Below, piece by piece: positions 27,281 to 38,146 of a DNA stretch of 64,000 nucleotides (positions within the stretch are counted from its first letter, which is position 1; every line of letters starts with the position of its first letter). The notes under the pieces were generated by a model that was not told the DNA's origin, ran no database searches, and saw only the letters and a list, made by a program, of their open reading frames with translations. The stretch is from assembly GCA_038749025.1 (NCBI GenBank), contig JBCDIL010000017.1, positions 6,960-70,959 of the forward strand, given 5' to 3'. Source of the DNA: Pseudomonadota bacterium (GTDB lineage: Bacteria; Pseudomonadota; Gammaproteobacteria; Steroidobacterales; Woeseiaceae). The position numbers and the translations under genes are program-made.

Positions 27281-28503
27281 AATTCGGGCTGTTCGTCATA
27301 CTCGCGGTTATCGGCGGCGGCTTTTTCGCCCACTTCGTCGCGTCCGACCCTGGCTATGTTGTCATCGAGTTCAGTGGCTATTTAATCGAGACGTCGGTGC
27401 CAGTCCTGATCGCGCTGGTGGCCGCCATCGGTATCGCCGTCTGGTCGATCGTCTGGCTATTTCGCACGCCGCGTCGTCTGGGCGAAGCGTACGGCGCCAT
27501 GCGCCGTGAGCGCCAGACTAAGCAATTTACGCGCGGCCTCATCGCCGCAGCGGAGGGCCGCTTCGCCAAGGGCGAACGGCTACTGACGCGTGGAGCCGGT
27601 GACGCCGAAACGCCGATGCTCAATTACTTGGCCGCGGCTCGCGTCGCCCACCAACAAGGGGCCATTGAACGGCGCGATAACTGGCTTACGCTGGCCTACG
27701 AACAAACCCCCGATGCCGGCAATGCTGTCCTGCTAACGCAGGCGGAGCTGCAGCTGGCGCAAGGGCAATACGAACAAGCCCTCGCGACGCTGGCACGCGT
27801 GCGCCAGGCGGTACCGAACCACCCGCAAGCCCTGACTTTGCTCGCGCGAACCTACGCGGCGCTTGGCGACTGGGCAGCGCTAGGCCAATACCTGCCTACG
27901 CTGTCCAAGCTCGGCCGCTTCGACGAGGCAACGCTTAGCGACTGGTCCCGCCGGGCCGCACTAACCCGGTTCGAGAATTCGGCGGGCGACAAGGCGGCTC
28001 TGACCAGCGCATGGCGCGCGTTGGACAAAACGCAACAAGCCGATCCAGAACTCCTGCTGGTCTATGTCGAACGCCTGATCGATGTCGGCGCCAGTAAAGA
28101 GAGTGAGACGTTGTTGCGTAAAGCGCTCTCCAAGAGCTGGGACGATACCTTGGTGACGGGTTACGGCGAATTGACCGACGCGGCGCCGGCATCACAGCTC
28201 AAAGTCGTCGAAGGGTGGCTCCGCGATCGCGGTGACAACGCGGCCTTGCTGTACGCCGCTGGCCGCATCTGCATACGCGGTGCGCTCTGGGGCAAGGCCC
28301 GTAGCTACTTGGAGTCGGCCATTGCCATCGCCCCAACACCGGCGATGTATCAAGCCTATGGCGAACTCTTAACCGCTCTCGGTGAGGCCGATCCGGCAAG
28401 CGCTGCGTTCCGGCAAGGTTTGGGGATGGCGGCGGGTCGGGCGCCGCTGACATTGCCAGCACCGGACCCCGCAGCGGAAGACGAGTCAGCCACCGAATCG
28501 TGA
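27277..28503 (+). CDS. hemY: heme biosynthesis protein HemY (TPR)
   Basis: Two N-terminal TM helices, then TPR-like repeats. ATGA overlap with the preceding gene. Confidence 0.85.
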   Translation: MKFGLFVILAVIGGGFFAHFVASDPGYVVIEFSGYLIETSVPVLIALVAAIGIAVWSIVWLFRTPRRLGEAYGAMRRERQTKQFTRGLIAAAEGRFAKGERLLTRGAGDAETPMLNYLAAARVAHQQGAIERRDNWLTLAYEQTPDAGNAVLLTQAELQLAQGQYEQALATLARVRQAVPNHPQALTLLARTYAALGDWAALGQYLPTLSKLGRFDEATLSDWSRRAALTRFENSAGDKAALTSAWRALDKTQQADPELLLVYVERLIDVGASKESETLLRKALSKSWDDTLVTGYGELTDAAPASQLKVVEGWLRDRGDNAALLYAAGRICIRGALWGKARSYLESAIAIAPTPAMYQAYGELLTALGEADPASAAFRQGLGMAAGRAPLTLPAPDPAAEDESATES

Positions 28504-29357
28504 GTGCGCCAGATACGCCGATACTGATCGTCGGCGCCGGCTATACCGGGAACCGCCTAACCGAGCGCCTGCGTAATGCAGCTCGCGCCGTGCTCACAGT
28601 GTCCCGGAGCCCGCGCGAGGGCAGCGATCATTACGTCTGGCAAGCCGATAGCGAAGCGCCGTTGGCGTTGCCCACCGGACCTTTGCGCGTCGTTTACCTG
28701 GTACCACCGGCCGCCGGCCGGCCGGAACCACGGTTAGCCCGATTGCTGGCGGCGCTGAACAAGCCACCGGAGCGGGTTGTCTTGGCCTCCACGTCCGGCG
28801 TCTACGGCGATTGCGGCGGGGCGTTGATCGATGAATCGCAACCGCCGCAACCGGGTTCAGAGCGAGCTCGGCGGCGCGTCGAACAAGAGCAGACGCTAGC
28901 GACGTGGGCCACGCAAGCGGGCGTGCGGGCACTGATCCTACGCATCGCCGGCATCTATGGGCCCGGGCGATTACCGCTAGAGCGCATCGCCGCAGGAGAA
29001 CCGGTGATCGCGCGCACCGAGGCCTACCCGGGCAACCGTATCCACGTCGATGACCTCGTCACGGTCTTGATCGCCGCGATCGATCACCCGACGGCCAGCG
29101 GTGTGTTCAACGTCGCAGACGGTCAGCCTATCTCGGGTACCGTTTACTACCGACGGGTTGCGCAGCTGGCCGGGGTAGAGCCACCGAAGGAAATCAGCCG
29201 CGCCGAAGCGAAGCGAACGTTTTCCGCCCAGCGATACTCGTTCCTCGCCGAATCGCGTCGTCTTGACGTAAGCCGGTTACACGATCAGCTGGGCGTAACG
29301 CTACGCTACGCCGATCTTGATGCCGGCATTCGCGCCGCGCTCGCCGCTCAAGGCTGA
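28500..29357 (+). CDS. NAD(P)-binding SDR/epimerase-like oxidoreductase
   Basis: Rossmann motif ILIVGAGYTGNRL. GTGA overlap with hemY. Confidence 0.7.
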   Translation: MSAPDTPILIVGAGYTGNRLTERLRNAARAVLTVSRSPREGSDHYVWQADSEAPLALPTGPLRVVYLVPPAAGRPEPRLARLLAALNKPPERVVLASTSGVYGDCGGALIDESQPPQPGSERARRRVEQEQTLATWATQAGVRALILRIAGIYGPGRLPLERIAAGEPVIARTEAYPGNRIHVDDLVTVLIAAIDHPTASGVFNVADGQPISGTVYYRRVAQLAGVEPPKEISRAEAKRTFSAQRYSFLAESRRLDVSRLHDQLGVTLRYADLDAGIRAALAAQG

Positions 29358-29986
29358 GAGCGCTTCGACTCCAAGAAATCGATCAGCTGTTCCCACTGCT
29401 GCCAGTCGGGCCAAGCGAGGTACTCGGGAAGCTCATGAATGCCAAGGCCGCGGCTGTAGGCACGCACGTAATTCTGCGCTTCGCGTAACCACGATACATA
29501 CGGCACTTTCAGCTTCTGCATGTATTCGTCGAGATCATCGGCGATCTTGGTGTTATCGCGGACCCGATTCGCCATGACCGCCACTTTGCATTTCTTGGTT
29601 TGCACGCGGTGAGTCGACTTCAGCACATCGATGAATTTCGACGTGGCATCCATGTCGATGGGCGAGGGCAAAACCGGCACCAATATCGTATCGGCGTGAT
29701 TGACGAGCTGCGTGAGCTCGCTGCCGACAGTGCGTGCTGGCGCATCCATGACACACAACTCAATGCTGCGCGATAGATGCTTCAACCCGTCTTTGACGGC
29801 ATCAATACCGGCGATCGTCGGCCGGTTATCAGGCCGTCGCGATAGCCAGTTGAGGCTGGAGTGTTGGGGATCGTAGTCAGCCAAGGCGACTTTTTTGCCT
29901 TCACGGGCGTAGTACGCAGCGATGTTGGTCGCGATGGTACTCTTGCCGCTTCCCCCCTTGGCATTCATAACCATGATGTGCCGCAT
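29348..29986 (-). CDS. ParA/MinD-family ATPase (orphan, no parB nearby)
   Basis: Deviant Walker A NAKGGSGKST, plus DYDPQ and MDAP blocks. Confidence 0.8.
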   Translation of the reverse strand: MRHIMVMNAKGGSGKSTIATNIAAYYAREGKKVALADYDPQHSSLNWLSRRPDNRPTIAGIDAVKDGLKHLSRSIELCVMDAPARTVGSELTQLVNHADTILVPVLPSPIDMDATSKFIDVLKSTHRVQTKKCKVAVMANRVRDNTKIADDLDEYMQKLKVPYVSWLREAQNYVRAYSRGLGIHELPEYLAWPDWQQWEQLIDFLESKRSQP

Positions 29987-30125
29987 CGATCTTTCCTGTT
30001 CTATTTGTTGAGTCGATGTGTCTGTTGTTTATGTAAAGTACCGTCGGCGGACAGAAATGTCTACGGTAGTGCGAACAGTGAATGCAATTGCCGACAAACT
30101 AACGGTGCGTGAATCGCGAGAGTGA

Positions 30126-30950
30126 ATGGCAACCAACTTTTTAAAGATGCACGGTGCAGGCAACGACGTCGTTGTCATCATGGCGAACAGCGATGACCCA
30201 TTACCGGCGACAACGCGCGTTCGTGAACTAGCTCACCGGCGGACCGGCATCGGCTTCGATCAACTCATTTGGGTCACGCCGGAGGCGACACCGGGTATTG
30301 ATGCGCACTACCGTATCTATAACGCCGATGGCAGCGAGGTTGAGCAATGCGGCAATGGAGCGCGTTGCCTTGCTCGCGCTTGGCACGACCATACCGGTGC
30401 CGGCCCGCAGCTGACCTTCTCGAGTCCGGCCGGACCGATTGAGGCAGAAATCACCGGTAATGAGGTGGCGCTCAACATGGGGCCGCCGCGGCGGCCGGCG
30501 GCTGATCTACCCAGCGCCGCGAACGACCCGTCACCGTTAGCCTCGATTGAGGCGCTCGGCCAAGCCTGGCCATTGTGGCTGGTATCCATGGGCAATCCGC
30601 ACGCGGTCTTATTGGTTGACGATGTCAGGACGGCGCCGGTCGCAGCACTCGGTCCGGCGCTGCAACAACACCCGGCGTTTCCAGCCGCCGTCAATGTCGG
30701 TTTTCTTGCGGTGACCGCCCGCAATAAGGCGATGCTGCGCGTCTATGAACGTGGCAGCGGCGAAACACTGGCCTGCGGCAGCGGCGCGTGCGCGGCGGCT
30801 GTCGCGGGACGCTTAGCCGGGCATCTGGACGAGCGCGTAACGCTGACACTGCCAGGCGGGGATCTCGTGGTAAGCTGGCGCGGTCTGAACGACCCGGTCT
30901 GGCTTCGCGGACCGGCCGATTACGCTTATCACGGAACCCTCGACTTATGA
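30126..30950 (+). CDS. dapF: diaminopimelate epimerase
   Basis: KMHGAGNDVVV, both catalytic Cys blocks (QCGNGARC and ETLACGSG). Confidence 0.95.
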   Translation: MATNFLKMHGAGNDVVVIMANSDDPLPATTRVRELAHRRTGIGFDQLIWVTPEATPGIDAHYRIYNADGSEVEQCGNGARCLARAWHDHTGAGPQLTFSSPAGPIEAEITGNEVALNMGPPRRPAADLPSAANDPSPLASIEALGQAWPLWLVSMGNPHAVLLVDDVRTAPVAALGPALQQHPAFPAAVNVGFLAVTARNKAMLRVYERGSGETLACGSGACAAAVAGRLAGHLDERVTLTLPGGDLVVSWRGLNDPVWLRGPADYAYHGTLDL

Positions 30951-31666
30951 GCAGCACTCAACGGCAAAGCGTCGCGAACGAAAATGCCGTGGATGCCACT
31001 AGCGTTGCCGAGTATCTGCGCCAGCATCCCGACTTTTTCGAACAAAACCGGTCGTTGTTGAATTCGCTGACCCTGCCGCACGGCGGTGGCGGCGGTACCG
31101 TTTCATTGGTCGAGCGACAGGTCGCTACGCTCCGGCAAAAAAACCTGAAGTTGGATCAGCGCCTGCGCGAACTGGTTGGGATCGCCCAGCAAAACGACAA
31201 ATTGTCGGTCAAGATCCATGCGCTAACGGTTGATCTGGTGGCCAGTAACGGCGCTGATGCGATCGTCGCTCGGTTGGAAGAGCATTTACGGACCGCGTTT
31301 GCTGCTGAATATGCTGTCTTGGTCGTCTTTGCCGACGGGCCACTGGCCGATGTGGGCCTCAGCAAACGCCGCTTTGTACGCCCACTGCCATCAGATGGCG
31401 AGACGCTGGCGCCGTTTCGGACATTCCTAGACAGCAAACGGACCCGCTGCGGACAGATTCGCGACGCGCAGTGCACCGCGTTGTTCGGCGAAGATGGCGA
31501 CGATATTGGCTCGGCGGCCTTGGTACCGCTCGGTACCGACCCATTGCTCGGGTTCCTGGCGATCGGCAACCGCGATCGCAATCATTTCAACCCGGCCATC
31601 AGCACCGAGTTTTTAACCCGCCTCGGCCAGATACTGAGCGCCACACTGCATCGCTCGGCCGGCTAA
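30947..31666 (+). CDS. DUF484 (YigA-like) protein
   Basis: VAEYLRQHPDFF N-terminus and a GAF-like C-terminus. ATGA overlap with dapF. Classic dapF-yigA-xerC order. Confidence 0.75.
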   Translation: MSSTQRQSVANENAVDATSVAEYLRQHPDFFEQNRSLLNSLTLPHGGGGGTVSLVERQVATLRQKNLKLDQRLRELVGIAQQNDKLSVKIHALTVDLVASNGADAIVARLEEHLRTAFAAEYAVLVVFADGPLADVGLSKRRFVRPLPSDGETLAPFRTFLDSKRTRCGQIRDAQCTALFGEDGDDIGSAALVPLGTDPLLGFLAIGNRDRNHFNPAISTEFLTRLGQILSATLHRSAG

Positions 31667-31668
31667 TC

Positions 31669-32580
31669 GTGGCCAAGACGCCGCTGCCCGACCCGGTTAG
31701 CGCGTTTCTCGAGCATCTTCGCAGTGAGCGGCGCTGCGCCGCGCACACACTGCGTAACTACGAACTCGACCTGCAGCGGTTTTGCCGTTGGGTCGACGCC
31801 GAATCGTTGCACTTATTGCACGGCGTCGATGAAACCGCCGTACGTCGGTTTGCCGCGGCCGAGCATCGCCGCGGGCTGGCACCCCGATCCATTCAGCGCC
31901 GGCTATCGGCTGTCCGTGCCTTGTATCGGTTCCTCGGTCGCGAGCAACAGGTCGATGCCAACCCCGCGAGCAGCATCCAAGCACCCAAAGCGGCGAAGCG
32001 CTTGCCGGCAACACTCGATGCGGACCAACTGACACGGTTACTGCAACTACCGGGCGACAGCCCGCTGGTACGCCGTGATCGGGCCATGTTTGAGCTTCTC
32101 TACTCATCTGGCCTGCGTCTCGACGAACTGGTCACACTCGATCTTGGGGACCTCGACATCAGCGACGCGACAGTTCAGGTCCTAGGTAAAGGCAGTAAAG
32201 AGCGAATCGTGCCGGTCGGTCGATTTGCACTGGCCGCTTACGGTGATTGGCTGGCGGTGCGCGGCGAACTCGCTGATCGCGAGACGCCAGCGGTCTTTGT
32301 CAGTCAGCGGGGCCGGCGCATTAGCCACCGCAGTGTCCAAGCTCGGCTCGACTACTGGGCGCGCCGACAGGGGATCGAACAACGGGTCCATCCGCACTTG
32401 TTACGCCACTCGTTCGCCACTCACGTTCTCGAGTCTAGCCATGATCTGCGCGGCGTTCAGGAACTCCTGGGGCACGCCGATATCGGGACTACGCAGGTCT
32501 ACACACACCTTGATTTCCAGCATTTGGCCCAGATATACGACGCTACGCACCCGCGTGCGAAGACCCGCAAGCGGCAATAA
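31669..32580 (+). CDS. xerC: tyrosine recombinase XerC
   Basis: [26 protein letters not shown], and [35 protein letters not shown] blocks. GTG 31669 lies 2 nt after the DUF484 stop. Confidence 0.9.
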   Translation: MAKTPLPDPVSAFLEHLRSERRCAAHTLRNYELDLQRFCRWVDAESLHLLHGVDETAVRRFAAAEHRRGLAPRSIQRRLSAVRALYRFLGREQQVDANPASSIQAPKAAKRLPATLDADQLTRLLQLPGDSPLVRRDRAMFELLYSSGLRLDELVTLDLGDLDISDATVQVLGKGSKERIVPVGRFALAAYGDWLAVRGELADRETPAVFVSQRGRRISHRSVQARLDYWARRQGIEQRVHPHLLRHSFATHVLESSHDLRGVQELLGHADIGTTQVYTHLDFQHLAQIYDATHPRAKTRKRQ

Positions 32581-32594
32581 ATCGAGGCGTTTGG

Positions 32595-33131
32595 ATGGAT
32601 CAGTTTCACGGCACCACGATCGTGTCGTACCGACGTGACGGTACCGTCGCCATTGGCGGCGATGGCCAAGTGTCGCTCGGCAACACCGTCATGAAAGGCA
32701 ATGCCCGCAAAGTGCGGCGCTTGCACGAGGGCCGCGTGCTCGCCGGTTTCGCCGGTGGCACGGCGGATGCTTTCACCTTGTTCGAGTATTTCGAGCGCAA
32801 GCTTGAGCAATACGGCAATCTCACCCGCGCGGCGATCGAACTCGCCAAGGATTGGCGCACCGACCGAGTCCTGCGTCGGCTCGAAGCATTGCTGGCGGTC
32901 GCCGACCACGAAAGCTCGTTGATCATCTCAGGCAACGGTGACGTGATCGAGCCCGAAGACAACCTAATGGCCATCGGCTCAGGCGGCTCCTACGCCCAAG
33001 CGGCGGCGCGGGCGCTAGCGGACAATACGGCGCTTAGTGCCAGCGAGATCGTCGAGAAATCGCTCACTATCGCCGCCGATATTTGCGTTTTCACGAACCG
33101 CAACATCATCGTCGAAACGCTAACTAACTAA
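32595..33131 (+). CDS. hslV: ATP-dependent protease subunit HslV
   Basis: [16 protein letters not shown] with the mature N-terminal Thr motif. Confidence 0.95.
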   Translation: MDQFHGTTIVSYRRDGTVAIGGDGQVSLGNTVMKGNARKVRRLHEGRVLAGFAGGTADAFTLFEYFERKLEQYGNLTRAAIELAKDWRTDRVLRRLEALLAVADHESSLIISGNGDVIEPEDNLMAIGSGGSYAQAAARALADNTALSASEIVEKSLTIAADICVFTNRNIIVETLTN

Positions 33132-33177
33132 GACTCCGGTAGCACGTGACGCTACCGCTGCATTGATTGAGACGACC

Positions 33178-34512
33178 ATGTCGCAAATGACTCCCCGTGA
33201 AATCGTCCAAGAATTGGACAAACACATCGTTGGCCAGACTTCGGCCAAGCGCTCAGTGGCTATCGCGCTACGCAACCGCTGGCGGCGCGTACAAATCGAT
33301 GAACCGATGCGCAGCGAGATAACCCCGAAGAACATTCTGATGATCGGGCCGACCGGTGTTGGCAAGACCGAGATCGCTCGACGCTTGGCTCGACTTGCGC
33401 GTGCTCCGTTTATCAAGATTGAAGCCACCAAGTTCACCGAGGTCGGTTACGTTGGCCGAGAAGTCGACTCGATCATTCGCGACCTGACCGATGTCGCGAT
33501 AAAAGAAACGCGAGAATTCGAGATGGCGAAGGTTCGCCACCGTGCCGAGGATGCAGCGGAAGAACGGGTTCTCGATGCGTTGCTACCTGGATCAAGCCGA
33601 CAGGTTGGTTTCTCGAGCGATGCCCCGGACACCGGCAACGACACACGCCAGAAATTTCGCAAAATGCTTCGCGAAGGCAAACTCGACAACAAAGAGATCG
33701 ATGTCGAGGTGCAGAACCTGCCGGTCGGTGTTGAGATAATGGCCCCGCCCGGACTCGAGGAGATGACGAGTCAACTAAAAAGTATGTTCCAAAACTTGGG
33801 TGGTGGACGGACGCGACAACGCAAGTTAAAAGTCGCCGACGCGCTCAAACTGCTGACTGACGAAGAAGCCGCCAACCTCGTCGATGAAGAGGAACTAAAA
33901 GCACAAGCGCTGGAGGCCGTCGAACAACACGGCATCGTCTTTATCGATGAAATCGACAAAGTTGCGCGACGCAGCGACAAGATGGGCGCCGATGTGTCAC
34001 GCGAGGGTGTCCAGCGCGACCTGCTACCGCTTGTCGAAGGCAGCACGATCAGCACCAAGTACGGGATGGTGAAAACCGACCACATTCTCTTTATCGCGTC
34101 AGGAGCCTTCCATGTCGCCAAGCCATCAGACCTGATCCCAGAGCTGCAAGGTCGCTTTCCAATCCGGGTTGAACTGGACTCGTTGGAGAGTGCCGATTTT
34201 GTCCGAATCTTGACCGAGCCTGACGCATCGCTGACTCGCCAATACGCCGCACTGCTCGCAACGGAAGGCGTCACCGTCGAGTTCACCGACGATGGGGTGA
34301 AGCGGATAGCCGATGTCGCTGCCGACGTAAACGAAAACACCGAAAACATCGGCGCACGTCGCCTGCATACGGTCATGGAACGCTTGCTCGATACCGTCTC
34401 GTTCGAAGCCGCCGATAAAAGTGGAGCAGCGGTGACGGTCGACAAGAACTACGTCGATGACCACTTGGGCGAGTTGGTCAGTAACGAGGACCTCAGTCGG
34501 TACATCCTGTGA
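33178..34512 (+). CDS. hslU: ATP-dependent protease ATPase subunit HslU
   Basis: [20 protein letters not shown], Walker [16 protein letters not shown], and the C-terminal EDLSRYIL. Confidence 0.95.
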   Translation: MSQMTPREIVQELDKHIVGQTSAKRSVAIALRNRWRRVQIDEPMRSEITPKNILMIGPTGVGKTEIARRLARLARAPFIKIEATKFTEVGYVGREVDSIIRDLTDVAIKETREFEMAKVRHRAEDAAEERVLDALLPGSSRQVGFSSDAPDTGNDTRQKFRKMLREGKLDNKEIDVEVQNLPVGVEIMAPPGLEEMTSQLKSMFQNLGGGRTRQRKLKVADALKLLTDEEAANLVDEEELKAQALEAVEQHGIVFIDEIDKVARRSDKMGADVSREGVQRDLLPLVEGSTISTKYGMVKTDHILFIASGAFHVAKPSDLIPELQGRFPIRVELDSLESADFVRILTEPDASLTRQYAALLATEGVTVEFTDDGVKRIADVAADVNENTENIGARRLHTVMERLLDTVSFEAADKSGAAVTVDKNYVDDHLGELVSNEDLSRYIL

Positions 34513-34712
34513 ACGACGTCGACCGTCTGACCGCCACCGAAACCAAACTGGCGTACCTCGAAGACGCTGTCGATACGTTGAGCGATGTCGTGATCAAGCA
34601 ACGCGAGATGCTCGACTCGCTACTGCGCCAGCTCACGGAGTTAAGTGATCGCCTCGATGCCGCCGGTGCCGGTACCGACCCGAACGGCGACGAACGCCCA
34701 CCGCATTATTGA
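34509..34712 (+). CDS. slyX: SlyX family protein
   Basis: 67-aa coiled coil ([18 protein letters not shown]). GTGA overlap with hslU. Confidence 0.7.
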   Translation: MNDVDRLTATETKLAYLEDAVDTLSDVVIKQREMLDSLLRQLTELSDRLDAAGAGTDPNGDERPPHY

Positions 34713-34734
34713 GGCCTTGAATCGCTCGCCGGAC

Positions 34735-35121
34735 ATGGCCGACCCGCCGCAGAGCCTGACACTAAAGCGTGGCTCGCGTGTTCTGGTGGTCGATTTCGGT
34801 GCCGAGCGCCGCTACGAATTGCCTTTCGAGCTGCTGCGTGTGCTGTCACCGTCAGCCGAGGTGCGCGGTCATGGCCCCGGCCAGGAAACGTTGCCGGTCG
34901 GTAAGGAAGACGTCAGCATCGTTCGTATTGAACCGGTCGGCCACTATGCAGTTCGACTGGTATTCGACGACGGTCACAACACAGGCTTGTACACATGGGC
35001 CTATCTTGCGGAACTAGGTGCGACAAAGGCTGAGAAGTGGCAAGCCTACCTCGACCGCTTAGGTGCGGAAGGGTATGCTCGCAAGCCCTCAATTAGCGAC
35101 GCTAGTGAGAGCAGCGAGTGA
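34735..35121 (+). CDS. DUF971 (gamma-butyrobetaine hydroxylase-like N-terminal domain) protein
   Basis: Blocks [17 protein letters not shown] and [26 protein letters not shown] 34735 is preferred over the track start 34645, which overlaps slyX. Confidence 0.7.
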   Translation: MADPPQSLTLKRGSRVLVVDFGAERRYELPFELLRVLSPSAEVRGHGPGQETLPVGKEDVSIVRIEPVGHYAVRLVFDDGHNTGLYTWAYLAELGATKAEKWQAYLDRLGAEGYARKPSISDASESSE

Positions 35122-35888
35122 GCGAGTCCCGCACCGACAAAGACAAGGCGAACACACATTTCGGCTACCAAACGGTTCCAACCGGCGAAAAAGCCAATTT
35201 GGTCCGCGGCGTTTTCGATTCAGTGGCCGATCGCTACGATGTTATGAACGACCTGATGTCGGGCGGTATTCATCGATTGTGGAAACGTTTCACGATCGGC
35301 GAGGCGGCGGTTCGTGAGGGCTACCGCGTGCTCGATCTCGCTGGCGGTACCGGCGATCTAGCAGCAAGCTTTGCCAAGCGCTGTGGCAAATCAGGCCACA
35401 TAGTTTTAGCTGACATCAACCATGCGATGCTTGCAGTCGGGCGCGATCGGTTGCTAGACGCCGGTCATATGGCAAACCTGTCGATCGTTCAAGCCGATGC
35501 CGAACACCTGCCCTTCGCCGATAAGCGTTTCGATGTCGTTACGATCGCGTTTGGTTTGCGGAACGTAACCAACAAAGCGGCGGCGCTTGCCGAGATGCAT
35601 CGCGTCCTCAAGCCTGGCGGCAAGTGTTTGATATTGGAATTCTCGCAGCCGCACGACGCGCTGCGCCCAGCGTACGATCTGTACTCGTTTAACGTTTTGC
35701 CCTGGCTCGGCCAACGGATCGCCGGCGACCCGGACAGCTATCGCTATCTCGCCGAATCCATCCGCATGCACCCCGATCAAGAAACGCTGCTGCAGATGCT
35801 CGGCGATGCGGGCTTTGAGCACAGCCGCTATCACAACCTAACCGGTGGCATCGCGGCGTTGCACGTCGGTTTCCGCTGCGCGGTTTAG
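35118..35888 (+). CDS. ubiE: demethylmenaquinone/ubiquinone C-methyltransferase
   Basis: [25 protein letters not shown], and the SAM motif [10 protein letters not shown]. Confidence 0.95.
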   Translation: MSESRTDKDKANTHFGYQTVPTGEKANLVRGVFDSVADRYDVMNDLMSGGIHRLWKRFTIGEAAVREGYRVLDLAGGTGDLAASFAKRCGKSGHIVLADINHAMLAVGRDRLLDAGHMANLSIVQADAEHLPFADKRFDVVTIAFGLRNVTNKAAALAEMHRVLKPGGKCLILEFSQPHDALRPAYDLYSFNVLPWLGQRIAGDPDSYRYLAESIRMHPDQETLLQMLGDAGFEHSRYHNLTGGIAALHVGFRCAV

Positions 35889-35900
35889 CCAGCGACGTCA

Positions 35901-36503
35901 ATGGCATTACTAGAGACATTGCTGTCGCCGGCATTGGCGCCGCTGAATCGGCAACTACGCCAAAGCGATGCTGCACTCGACTTGGCCAACCAGTTGGCAG
36001 GTCAGCAACTCGCTGTGCGCTTGCGCGATAGCGCGCTAGCGGTGGGACTGGCCATCGACCCAGACGGCCTGCGGCTCAGTGACGTCAGTGAACCGGATCT
36101 CATTATTGAGGGGTCGATTCCCGGGCTGTTGCGCTTGCTGGGGCCCGATTCGCGTGCGGCGATTCGTGACGGCAGCGTAACGGTGATCGGCGACGTTGAA
36201 GTGGCCGGTCAAATCCAGGACCTACTCGCATTGGGTCGGCCCGACGTCGGCGACGAACTAAGCCGGCTGGTCGGCGATGATGCCGCGAGTGGCATTGTCG
36301 ATGCGGTAACAAGGCTCCGCGAATTCGGCCGGGAGCGGTTAAAAAACGTCGGCGAGCAACTCGCCGAGCGGGTCGCTGAACGCCAAGACCTGCCGCGCAG
36401 CGACGAGATGGCCGATTTCGTTGGCGACGTCCGCGCGTTGCGCGATCGCACAGCGCGGCTGGCGGCTTCGATCGAACAGCTGCAAAAACGCCGCGAGCGC
36501 TAA
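35901..36503 (+). CDS. ubiJ: ubiquinone biosynthesis accessory factor UbiJ (SCP2 domain)
   Basis: 200-aa ORF between ubiE and ubiB. SCP2-like N-terminal half. Confidence 0.7.
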   Translation: MALLETLLSPALAPLNRQLRQSDAALDLANQLAGQQLAVRLRDSALAVGLAIDPDGLRLSDVSEPDLIIEGSIPGLLRLLGPDSRAAIRDGSVTVIGDVEVAGQIQDLLALGRPDVGDELSRLVGDDAASGIVDAVTRLREFGRERLKNVGEQLAERVAERQDLPRSDEMADFVGDVRALRDRTARLAASIEQLQKRRER

Positions 36504-36506
36504 GTC

Positions 36507-38135
36507 ATGCTCAGTTTGCGCCAATTCCTGCGGCTGCTCAGCATTCAACGAACGCTGGTTCGCTACGGTCTCGACGAGTTCATCCCAACCGCTCGTTTCT
36601 TACGACCGTTGCGGTTTGCCTTCTACTTACTGCCGGGTAAGCGCCAATCGGATGCGCCGCGCGGTGAGCGTCTGCGATTAGCACTGGAAGAGCTTGGTCC
36701 GATATTCGTTAAGTTTGGGCAGGCCCTGTCGACCCGTCGCGATTTGTTGCCGCCCGATATTTCCGCCGAACTCGCGTTGTTGCAAGATCAGGTGCCGGCC
36801 TTCGATTCGGCAACGGCGGTCAATATTCTGCGCGAAGCCTGGGGGGCGGAACCGACCGATGTCCTGGCCGAATTCGACCCACAACCGCTGGCGGCCGCGT
36901 CAATCGCCCAAGTACACGCTGGCAAGCTCGGCGACGGCCGTGATGTTGTCGTCAAGCTGTTACGGCCGAACATGCGCGCGATGATCGAACGCGATGTCGA
37001 CTTGCTGCACGGCATGGCGTCACTCGCGCAACGCTATTGGCGTGAAGCTCCGCGCGTGCGTCCCATTGAGATCGTCGAGGAATACGAGAAAACGATCCTC
37101 GATGAGTTGGATTTGATGCGCGAAGCGGCGAACGCCGCGCAGCTCAAGCGTAACTTTGATGGCTCCGATCTGCTGTACGTGCCCGAGGTCTACTTTGACC
37201 ATTGCCGTCGCAATGTCATGGTCATGGAACGTATCTACGGTGTACCGATTAGCGATATCGAAACACTGAAACAGGCCGGAACGAACTTTCGGCGCTTAGC
37301 CGCCAACGGGGTTGAGATCTTTTTCACCCAGGTTTTCCGGCACAACTTCTTCCACGCCGATATGCACCCGGGCAATATTTTTGTGCAAATCGATAACCCG
37401 GAGTTTCCGCGCTACGCCGCCGTCGACTTTGGGATTGTAGGCACACTCGATCCAATCGATCAGAACTATCTGGCCGGCAACTTCCTCGCTTTTTTTGATC
37501 GCGACTATTACCGGGTCGCCAAACTGCACGTCGACTCCGGTTGGGTTCCGCGCGATACCCGTGTTGACGAGCTGGAAGGTGCCGTGCGCACGGTTTGCGA
37601 ACCGATCTTCAACAAGCCGCTATCAGAAATCAGTTTCGGTCAGGTGTTGCTGCGACTCTTCGAAACGGCGCGGCGCTTCAACATGAACGTCCAGCCGCAA
37701 TTGATTCTGCTGCAGAAGACTTTGCTCAACATCGAGGGACTGGGGCGCGATCTGTACCCGGAGCTCGATTTGTGGGAGACCGCGCAGCCGATTCTGCGCG
37801 AGTGGATGACCGAGCGCCTTGGCGGCCGCGCCGCATTGCGAGAGCTGCGCAGTCAATGGCCCGATCTTCAGGAGGCACTGCGCGAAATGCCCGGCGTCGT
37901 CAAGCGCCTCGCCGATTCGAGCGAGAGCGGCCGCCTGAAATTGACCATGGAATCGGATGAGTTGACGGCGTTGCGCCGTGAATGGAACGAAAGCGCCCGT
38001 CGCCAACGGCAATTCAACCTAGGCATGATGAGCGCGGGTGGCGGTGTTGCGCTGCTGGCGTTAACCAGCTTCGCTTGGGTAGGCGGTGCAGTCGTTGCCG
38101 CCGGGGTCGTCGCCATGCTGTGGTCTAGCCGCTGA
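36507..38135 (+). CDS. ubiB: ubiquinone biosynthesis regulatory kinase-like protein UbiB
   Basis: ABC1/UbiB blocks LGPIFVKFGQ.LSTRRDLLP, AAASIAQVH and HADMHPGN. C-terminal TM helices. Confidence 0.95.
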   Translation: MLSLRQFLRLLSIQRTLVRYGLDEFIPTARFLRPLRFAFYLLPGKRQSDAPRGERLRLALEELGPIFVKFGQALSTRRDLLPPDISAELALLQDQVPAFDSATAVNILREAWGAEPTDVLAEFDPQPLAAASIAQVHAGKLGDGRDVVVKLLRPNMRAMIERDVDLLHGMASLAQRYWREAPRVRPIEIVEEYEKTILDELDLMREAANAAQLKRNFDGSDLLYVPEVYFDHCRRNVMVMERIYGVPISDIETLKQAGTNFRRLAANGVEIFFTQVFRHNFFHADMHPGNIFVQIDNPEFPRYAAVDFGIVGTLDPIDQNYLAGNFLAFFDRDYYRVAKLHVDSGWVPRDTRVDELEGAVRTVCEPIFNKPLSEISFGQVLLRLFETARRFNMNVQPQLILLQKTLLNIEGLGRDLYPELDLWETAQPILREWMTERLGGRAALRELRSQWPDLQEALREMPGVVKRLADSSESGRLKLTMESDELTALRREWNESARRQRQFNLGMMSAGGGVALLALTSFAWVGGAVVAAGVVAMLWSSR

Positions 38136-38146
38136 GCCGACTTTAG

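Noticed and set aside
31669-32580. Tyrosine recombinase as a marker of a mobile element or integrated island.
   Set aside because: It sits in the canonical housekeeping dapF-DUF484(yigA)-xerC context and has XerC-type motifs. No att-like repeats, phage or IS genes are adjacent.
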